Assembly (NCBI GenBank): GCA_017547125.1
Contig: JAFYQL010000173.1
Span: 1 to 25,202, forward strand
Direction: 5' to 3'
Source of the DNA: Bacillota bacterium
Lineage (GTDB): Bacteria; Bacillota; Clostridia; Lachnospirales; Anaerotignaceae
DNA length: 25,202 nt
Positions within the stretch are counted from its first letter, which is position 1. Each line of letters starts with the position of its first letter. This document shows positions 11,401 to 17,350 of this stretch, in pieces. The position numbers and the translations under genes are program-made. The notes below the pieces were generated by a model. It saw only the letters and a program-made list of their open reading frames with translations. It searched no databases and was not told the origin of the DNA.

Positions 11401-11995
11401 TCTTGACCACGTACTTGCTTCAGGCGAAGACGTAAACGTATTTGTATTTGACACAGAAGTTTACTCAAATACAGGCGGTCAGGCTTCTAAGGCTACACCA
11501 GCAGGTGCAGTTGCTCAGTTCGCAGCAAGCGGCAAGAGAATCAAGAAGAAAGACCTTGGTATGATGGCTATGAGTTATGGTTATGTATACGTAGCACAGG
11601 TTGCTATGGGCGCTAACCCAGCACAGCTTGTTAAGGCTCTTATCGAAGCTGAAAAATATGATGGTCCATCACTTGTTATCGCTTACGCTCCATGTATCAA
11701 CCACGGTATCAGAGGCGGTATGAGCGGTGCTCAGACAGAAATTAAGAGAGCTGTTGAAGCAGGTTACTGGCATATGTACAGATTCAACCCAGACCTCAAG
11801 AAGGAAGGTAAGAATCCATTTACACTTGACTCAACTCCAGAACCACAGGGCAACTTCCAGGAATTCATCAGAAGCGAAGTTCGTTATACATCACTTATGA
11901 GAACATTCCCAGAAATCGCTGAAGAACTCTTTGCTAAAGCAGAAGAAAATGCTAAAGACAGACTTGAAAGCTACAAGAAACTTGCAGCTCAGTAA
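8462..11995 (+). CDS. nifJ: Pyruvate:ferredoxin (flavodoxin) oxidoreductase, single-chain, housekeeping copy (PFOR-1)
   Basis: MDGNEAAA, PITPSS, two CxxCxxCxxxCP motifs, CAGCGE, GCSSIWGG, GDGWAYDIG, EVYSNTGGQ. True start is ATG 8462 with AAGGAG SD; the track start lies upstream of the promoter. Confidence 0.96.
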   Translation: MSKIMKTMDGNEAAAYASYAFTEVAGIFPITPSSPMAEKTDDWAANGKKNIFGQPVKVIEMQSEAGAAGTVHGSLASGALTTTYTASQGLLLMIPNMYKIAGELLPSVFHVSARALASHALSIFGDHSDVMACRQTGFALLASASVQEVMDLGAVAHLSTIKGRVPFLHFFDGFRTSHEIQKIECLDFDDLANMVDMDAVNSFKRNALNPEHPVLRGSAQNPDIFFQARESCNRYYEDIVGVCEDYMKQMSALTGRDYQLFNYYGAPDAERVVVAMGSVCEALEETIDYLCAKGEKVGMVKVHLYRPFSAKHLINAIPETCQKIAVLDRTKEPGALGEPLYQDVCTAMFEAKVQPMVIGGRYGLGSKDVTPAQLIAVYENLKADKPLNHFTIGIVDDVTKLSLEVGKEVNVTEGDGTISCKFWGLGSDGTVGANKNSIKIIGDHTDMYAQAYFAYDSKKSGGVTMSNLRFGKKPIRSTYVVKTANFVACHKQEYVNLYDMHSELLPGGTFLLNTEWTAEELDAKLPAAMKKYFAENDIKLYIINGTQIAKEIGLGNRVNSVLQAAFFKLTGIIPIEEAVGYMKAAIKKSYGKKGDTILNMNYAAVDQGVDKAVQVEIPAAWANAEDTAVAEEREVPEFVKAVVQPMNAQKGDLLPVSAFAGREDGTFPAGTAAYEKRGVAVDLPEWDVTKCIQCNQCAYVCPHAAIRPFLLTEEEVVAAPESFATKKAIGKGLEAYQYRMQVSALDCLGCGSCAVVCPSKEKALVMKPAATQENEAANWDYAMTLSVKENVMAKDSVKGSQFVQPLLEFSGACAGCGETPYAKLITQLFGDRMYVANATGCSSIWGGSAPSTPYTVNHKGHGPAWANSLFEDNAEYGFGMAMGVKKMREDLKVRLEELKEIQGCSMMAETVDAWIDTMKDGEANKSATADLITLLENYNGENAEAKAIVDYVLENKDQLAKKSQWIFGGDGWAYDIGYGGLDHVLASGEDVNVFVFDTEVYSNTGGQASKATPAGAVAQFAASGKRIKKKDLGMMAMSYGYVYVAQVAMGANPAQLVKALIEAEKYDGPSLVIAYAPCINHGIRGGMSGAQTEIKRAVEAGYWHMYRFNPDLKKEGKNPFTLDSTPEPQGNFQEFIRSEVRYTSLMRTFPEIAEELFAKAEENAKDRLESYKKLAAQ

Positions 11996-12007
11996 TTAAA
12001 AATTAAG

Positions 12008-12034
12008 GCGGTGTCTACGGACACCGCTTTTTTT
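12008..12034 (+). terminator. Intrinsic terminator after PFOR-1
   Basis: GCGGTGTC-tacg-GACACCGC-TTTTTTT. Confidence 0.92.
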
Positions 12035-12035
12035 A

Positions 12036-12064
12036 TTGAAAATATATCTTGTTGTAATTATACT
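12036..12064 (+). promoter_or_regulatory. Putative sigma-A promoter of the PfkB kinase
   Basis: TTGAAA-N17-TATACT. Confidence 0.65.
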
Positions 12065-12097
12065 TAAATAAAGATTATCATTATGGGAGGCGTGATT

Positions 12098-13000
12098 GTG
12101 AAAAAGGTAGATATTATTGGTGCATCTATAGTTGATGTGTTGGTAACACCGGCAGACGAAAGAGTATTTGAGACCGGCTCATATCCCGCTGACAAAATAG
12201 TGATGAGTTATGGCGGCGATGCTTTAAACGAAGCCACAGTATTACATAAACTGGGCGGAGATGTACGTCTTAACACACTTCTTGGTGATGATGAGGCTGG
12301 AAAAGCTGTGCTTCGCCGTATAGAACAAGTGGGTCTTGATACAAAATGTATTCAGATAAAAAATGATATGCGCACAAGCGTGAATGTTGTGCTTGTAAAA
12401 CCGAGCGGTGAAAGATGTTTCCTTACTGACCCGCAGGCAAGCCAAAGAAGACTGCAGATGGAAGATATAGCATTGCCATTTGCTGAAGACACAGAGATTT
12501 TGTGCTTTGCAAGCATATTCGTATTTCCTATGATGAAAACAAAAGAAATGGCTGAAGTTTTCAGAGAGGCCAAAGAGCAGGGGATATTGGTGTGTGCAGA
12601 TATGACAAAGCGGAAAAATGGAGAATGTACTGCAGATGTGGCAGAAGCATTGAAATATGTTGACTATTTATTCCCTAACGATGCAGAGGCTATGCTTCTT
12701 ACAGGAAAAGAAAGTGTTGAAGAGGCTGTTGCGGATTTGATTGATGCGGGAGTAAGCAATGTGGTTATAAAATGCGGAGAAAAGGGTTGTTATATCAGAA
12801 CATCTGAAGAAGAATTCTGGGTGGCGGCAGAAGAAAAGGTTGAGTGCATTGACACCACGGGTGCAGGAGATAGCTTTGTGGGCGGATTTTTATATGCCTT
12901 GTCAAATGATATGAATCTTAAGGAATGTGCCGCAATGGCCAACAGATGTGGTGCAAAGGCTGTTCAGCATATTGGTGCAACAACGTGGATAGCAGAATAA
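12098..13000 (+). CDS. PfkB/ribokinase-family carbohydrate kinase, substrate unknown
   Basis: GGDALNEA N-terminal signature, VIKCGEKG, DTTGAGDSFVGG anion-hole motif. GTG 12098 is 7 nt after GGAGG. Confidence 0.9.
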   Translation: MKKVDIIGASIVDVLVTPADERVFETGSYPADKIVMSYGGDALNEATVLHKLGGDVRLNTLLGDDEAGKAVLRRIEQVGLDTKCIQIKNDMRTSVNVVLVKPSGERCFLTDPQASQRRLQMEDIALPFAEDTEILCFASIFVFPMMKTKEMAEVFREAKEQGILVCADMTKRKNGECTADVAEALKYVDYLFPNDAEAMLLTGKESVEEAVADLIDAGVSNVVIKCGEKGCYIRTSEEEFWVAAEEKVECIDTTGAGDSFVGGFLYALSNDMNLKECAAMANRCGAKAVQHIGATTWIAE

Positions 13001-13027
13001 AAAATGACCTCCTGATATATTGGAGGT
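13001..13027. terminator. Hairpin between convergent pfkB and sigK, T-tail on the minus strand
   Basis: ACCTCC-N9-GGAGGT, followed on the minus strand by CATTTTTT. Confidence 0.45.
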
Positions 13028-13055
13028 ATGTTGCGGAAATATAATTTATATGTAT

Positions 13056-13070
13056 TCGGGCAAAGCCCGA
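13056..13070. terminator. GC-rich hairpin immediately after the sigK stop
   Basis: TCGGGC-aaa-GCCCGA; no clean U-tract, so its role is uncertain. Confidence 0.35.
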
Positions 13071-13745
13071 CTAAGTGAGAAAGGCTTCTTTCAGTTTGGA
13101 AAGGGCCTTTTTTTCGATTCTGGAAACATAAGAGCGGGATATTTTGAGTTTTTTGGCAATTTCCCGTTGAGTAAGCTCGTCGCTTTTTCCAAGGCCGTAG
13201 CGAAGGGTGATTATTTCTTTTTCGCGTTGGGTAAGGCAGTTTTCAATGGCTGAATAAAGCTTTTTGGAATAGATGTTGAGCTCGGCGGTTTCGTCAATGG
13301 TGGTTCCATTTTCAGTTATGGTGTCAAGCAGAGTTATTTCGTTTCCATCTTTATCGGCTGAAAATGGCTCCTGAAGATAAAGCTCAGTTGAAAATCGCTT
13401 TTGCCACCTCAGATACATCAGTATTTCGTTTTCTATGCATTTTGCGGCATAGGTGGCAAGGCGTGCGTTTTTGTGCTCGTCAAAGGAATTTATGGCTTTT
13501 ATGAGTCCTATAGTGCCTATGGATATAAGGTCTTCGGAATCGGCTGATGATGGAAATTTTTTTGCAATGTGTGCACAAAGACGCAGATTGTGTTCTATAA
13601 GTTTGTTGACGGCATCGGCGTCGCCTTTCTTTTTTCTTTCCAGAAGTTCTTTTTCTTCTTTTGCGCTTAAGGCAGGTGGAAATGATGAGGCAGTAAGAAA
13701 AAACACTAAACAAAGTGGAAAAACAATACCCAAAGCATACCTCAT
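13071..13745 (-). CDS. sigK: RNA polymerase sporulation sigma factor SigK (pro-form, uninterrupted)
   Basis: HNLRL, EDLISIGTIGLIKAI, LATYAAKCIENEILM, DKDGNEITLLD and QREIAKKLKISRSYVSRIEKKAL (SigK-type region 4). Start uncertain: TTG 13754, ATG 13745 or TTG 13733 (5 nt after GAGGT). Confidence 0.9.
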   Translation of the reverse strand: MRYALGIVFPLCLVFFLTASSFPPALSAKEEKELLERKKKGDADAVNKLIEHNLRLCAHIAKKFPSSADSEDLISIGTIGLIKAINSFDEHKNARLATYAAKCIENEILMYLRWQKRFSTELYLQEPFSADKDGNEITLLDTITENGTTIDETAELNIYSKKLYSAIENCLTQREKEIITLRYGLGKSDELTQREIAKKLKISRSYVSRIEKKALSKLKEAFLT

Positions 13746-13763
13746 TAAAAGCAAAAGTTAATT

Positions 13764-13791
13764 TATATTATGAAACGACCAGCGGTCTTGT
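13764..13791 (-). promoter_or_regulatory. SigK/SigE-type promoter of sigK
   Basis: Minus strand AC-N17-CATAATATA fits the SigK consensus AC-N17-CATAnnnTA; a CATA just upstream could act as a SigE-type -35. Confidence 0.55.
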
Positions 13792-13803
13792 GTATGTACA
13801 TAT

Positions 13804-13836
13804 AAAAAGAGACACGGAAATTTTCCGTATCTCTTT
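13804..13836 (-). terminator. Intrinsic terminator of the T-box operon
   Basis: Minus strand AAAGAGATACGGAA-aat-TTCCGTGTCTCTTTTT; one pair is a U-G wobble only on the minus strand. Confidence 0.85.
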
Positions 13837-13850
13837 GTTTTTGAGGAGAA

Positions 13851-16800
13851 TTATAATTCTTCCATATGTTTATATTTTTCGTATCTTGTGCCTGAGTCTT
13901 CTTTTGCAGCCTTGAAAAGAGTTTCTGCATATTCAGGGAAAGTACGTTTTAATGCAGAGTATCTTGTTTCGCCGTCAAGGAATTCTTCGTAGTCCATAGT
14001 TGGCTTTTTGCTATCCACTGTAAGTGGTTTTTCTGCATTAGGGTTGTAGCGGTAAAGTGTCCAGTAGCCTGAATCGACTGCACGTTTCATTTCGTTCTGT
14101 ACGTTGCTCATGCCAGCTTTGATGCCGTGTGTTACACAAGGTGTGTATGCAACGATAACAGATGGGCCTTTGTGCTGTTCAGCCTCGTGAAGAGCCTTGA
14201 TAAGCTGATTTGGGTCTGCACCCATAGCAACCTGTGCCACATATACATTTCCGTATGTCTGGAAAATGGCGCCAAGCTCTTTCTTACGGCTTCTCTTGCC
14301 GGCTGAAGCAAACTGTGCTACTGCGCCGAGAGGAGTTGCCTTTGAGCTCTGTCCGCCTGTATTTGAGTAAACTTCAGTATCTACAACAAATACGTTGATG
14401 TCTTCGCCGGATGCAACTACGTGGTCAAGACCGCCAAAGCCGATGTCATATGCCCAGCCGTCGCCGCCGAACATCCAGAAGCATTTTTTGGCAAGCTGAT
14501 CTTTTCTTTCAAGTATCTTTTTTGCAAGAGGAGAAGCTACTGCTTCAAGCTCAGCAATAAGTTCATCTGTTGCCTGACGTGAAGCATCAAAGTTGTCAAA
14601 TGCATCAAGCCAGAGTTTAGCAGCTTCACTGCCGGTTTCAGCCATATATTCTTCTACAAGGGCTTTCTGTGCAAGTCTCTGCTGTTTTACTGAAAGGAAC
14701 ATACCAAGTTCAAGCTCGGCATTGTTTTCGAAAAGTGAGTTTGTCCATGCAGGGCCAAAGCCACGTTTGTTTGTTGTGTAAGGAATGCCAGGCATTGGTG
14801 AGCCCCAGGCCTGTGAACAACCTGTTGCGTTTGCCCAGTAAACTCTGTCGCCAAAAAGCTGAGTAAGAAGCTTGGCATATGGTGTTTCGCCGCAGCCTGC
14901 ACAAGCAGCACTGAACTCAATAAGAGGCTGGCGGAACTGGCTGCCTTTGATGCTATATACATTGAAAAGGTCGCCTTTGTCAGAAATTGTGAGACCATAG
15001 TTCCAAAGCTTCTTGCTTTCTTCTGTAAGGTTGGCATCTTCCATAGTGATTGCATTTTCCTTTGCAGGGCAGCAAGCTACACAGCTGCCGCAACCTGTAC
15101 AGTCAAAGCTTGAAATCTGCATTGTAAAGTGAAGTCCTTTGGCTGCAGCACCCATAGCAGGAACTGTTTCAAAGCCTTCAGGAGCATTTGCTTTTTCTTC
15201 GTCGTTTAAGAGATATGGACGGATAACTGCGTGCGGACAAACGAGAGCACACTTGTTGCACTGGATACATTTTGAAGCATCCCATACAGGAACTTTGAGT
15301 GCGATACCACGTTTTTCAAATGCAGTAAGACCCATATCAATACGTCCGTCTTCATAGTTTTTGAATGCACTTACAGGAAGGTCATCGCCTTTCTGTCTGT
15401 TGATAGGCTGAAGAAGGTTTTTAACAACGTCAGGAAGATTGTTGTCAGCAGCAGCTTCACCGCTTTCAGCCTGTGCCCATGAAGAAGGAACATTAACCTT
15501 AACAAGCTCTGTAGCGCCTGCATCAATTGCCGCAACGTTTCTTGCAATAACGTCATCGCCTTTTGCGAAGTATGTTTTGCGGGTAGCATCTTTAATCATT
15601 CCAAGAGCGTCTTCAGTAGGAATAACCTGCATGAGAGCAAAGAATGATGCCTGAAGTACTGTGTTTGTGTGACTGCCAAGGCCTAAATCCTGAGCAATCT
15701 TGTTTGCATCTATCATGTAGAACTGAATGTTCTTTTCTGCAATCTGTTTTCTTACCTTCGCAGGAATATGGTCTTCAAGTTCGCTTTCTTTCCAGCTGCA
15801 GTTAAGAAGGAATGTTCCGCCTTCAACTATTTCGTCAATGATATCATACTGTGTTATGTAACTCTGGTTGTGGCATGCAACAAAGTCAGCCTGTTTTACA
15901 TAGTATGAGCTTGTGATTGGCTTGTCGCTGAAACGAAGGTGTGATTTTGTAACACCAAATGATTTTTTGGCATCATATTCAAAATAAGCCTGAGCAAATT
16001 TGTCTGTGTTGTCGTTGATGATACGAACTGTGTTGTGGTTTGCACCAACAGTGCCGTCACCGCCAAGACCCCAGAATTTGCATCTTACAAGGCCGTTTGT
16101 ATTTTCTGTATAAGGCTTTAATGGTAATGAAAGATGAGTAACGTCATCGTTGATACCGATAGTAAAGCTTCGGATTGGGTTTGGAGAAGCAAGGTTTTCA
16201 AATACAGCCGCAATCTGTGATGGGTCTGTATCCTTTGAACTTAAACCGTAGCGTCCGCCGATAACCTTGATCTGACGGTCGTTATTCATAAGTACAGAGC
16301 AGATATCTTCAAATAATGGTTCGCCTGCGCTGCCCATAGCCTTGCATCTGTCAAGAACGGCAATTCTTTCAACAGTTTCAGGAAGAGCCTGAAGGAAATG
16401 CTTTGCAGAGAAAGGTCTGTATAAGTGTACCTGAAGGAAGCCAACCTTTTTGCCTTCGTTAACAAGTTTTTCTGTAACATCACAGATAACACCGCTGGCT
16501 GAACCCATAGCGATAACCACATCAGTTGCATCAGGTGCACCATAGTAGTTGAATGTATGGTATTCACGGCCTGTGATTTTTGAAATTTCTCCAAGATATT
16601 TTTCAACGATATCAGGAAGGTTGTTGTAGAATGTGTTGTTTGCTTCTCTAACCTGGAAGTACACGTCACCGTTCTGAACAGTGTTACGAAGTGTAGGGTG
16701 TTCAGGGTTGAGTGAGCCGTCACGGAATGCTTTTAAAGCATCTTTGTCGATGAGGCTGCCAACTTTATCAAGGTCAGGAAGCTCAATTTTGTTGATTTCG

Positions 16801-17333
16801 TGGCTTGTTCTAAAACCATCAAAGAAGTGCATGAAAGGAATGCGTCCTTCGATAGCACTTAAGTGAGCAACAGGAGCAAGGTCTGCAACTTCCTGTACGC
16901 TGCCTGATGAAATCATAGCAAAGCCTGTCTGACGGCATGCCATAACGTCACTGTGGTCGCCGAAAATACTCATAGCGTGTGTACCAACTGTACGTGATGC
17001 CACATGAAGAACAGCAGGAAGTCTTTCCCCTGCAATTCTGTAAAGCACAGGGACCATAAGCATAAGTCCCTGTGAAGATGTATAAGATGTTGCAAGTGAG
17101 CCAGCCTGAAGAGCACCGTGCACTGCTGTGATAGCGCCTGCTTCAGACTGCATTTCTGTTAATGTTACTGTCTGGCCGAATACATTTGTTCTGCCTTTGG
17201 CTGACCATGCGTCTGTAAGGCCTGCCATAGGAGATGATGGTGTGATTGGGTAAATAGCAGCTACTTCTGTAAATGGATATGCCATATATGCAGCAGCTTC
17301 GTTACCGTCCATTGTTACATATTTTTTGGACAT
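13851..17333 (-). CDS. nifJ: Second single-chain 2-oxoacid:ferredoxin oxidoreductase (NifJ/PFOR family, PFOR-2), substrate possibly not pyruvate
   Basis: All cofactor motifs present (YPITPSS, CIQCNKC..CP, CTGCGSC..CP, CAGCGE, GDGWAYDIG, EVYSNTGGQ). ATG 17333 is 6 nt after GAGGTG. Confidence 0.93.
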   Translation of the reverse strand: MSKKYVTMDGNEAAAYMAYPFTEVAAIYPITPSSPMAGLTDAWSAKGRTNVFGQTVTLTEMQSEAGAITAVHGALQAGSLATSYTSSQGLMLMVPVLYRIAGERLPAVLHVASRTVGTHAMSIFGDHSDVMACRQTGFAMISSGSVQEVADLAPVAHLSAIEGRIPFMHFFDGFRTSHEINKIELPDLDKVGSLIDKDALKAFRDGSLNPEHPTLRNTVQNGDVYFQVREANNTFYNNLPDIVEKYLGEISKITGREYHTFNYYGAPDATDVVIAMGSASGVICDVTEKLVNEGKKVGFLQVHLYRPFSAKHFLQALPETVERIAVLDRCKAMGSAGEPLFEDICSVLMNNDRQIKVIGGRYGLSSKDTDPSQIAAVFENLASPNPIRSFTIGINDDVTHLSLPLKPYTENTNGLVRCKFWGLGGDGTVGANHNTVRIINDNTDKFAQAYFEYDAKKSFGVTKSHLRFSDKPITSSYYVKQADFVACHNQSYITQYDIIDEIVEGGTFLLNCSWKESELEDHIPAKVRKQIAEKNIQFYMIDANKIAQDLGLGSHTNTVLQASFFALMQVIPTEDALGMIKDATRKTYFAKGDDVIARNVAAIDAGATELVKVNVPSSWAQAESGEAAADNNLPDVVKNLLQPINRQKGDDLPVSAFKNYEDGRIDMGLTAFEKRGIALKVPVWDASKCIQCNKCALVCPHAVIRPYLLNDEEKANAPEGFETVPAMGAAAKGLHFTMQISSFDCTGCGSCVACCPAKENAITMEDANLTEESKKLWNYGLTISDKGDLFNVYSIKGSQFRQPLIEFSAACAGCGETPYAKLLTQLFGDRVYWANATGCSQAWGSPMPGIPYTTNKRGFGPAWTNSLFENNAELELGMFLSVKQQRLAQKALVEEYMAETGSEAAKLWLDAFDNFDASRQATDELIAELEAVASPLAKKILERKDQLAKKCFWMFGGDGWAYDIGFGGLDHVVASGEDINVFVVDTEVYSNTGGQSSKATPLGAVAQFASAGKRSRKKELGAIFQTYGNVYVAQVAMGADPNQLIKALHEAEQHKGPSVIVAYTPCVTHGIKAGMSNVQNEMKRAVDSGYWTLYRYNPNAEKPLTVDSKKPTMDYEEFLDGETRYSALKRTFPEYAETLFKAAKEDSGTRYEKYKHMEEL

Positions 17334-17350
17334 GTTTGTCACCTCGTTAA

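Noticed and set aside
11996-13850. pfkB-sigK segment as an invertible or mobile cassette between inverted PFOR copies
   Set aside because: No recombinase, terminal repeats or target duplication, and the paralogues are clearly diverged.
13755-13850. sigK as a fourth gene of the T-box operon
   Set aside because: A strong terminator and a separate sporulation-type promoter lie between PFOR-2 and sigK.
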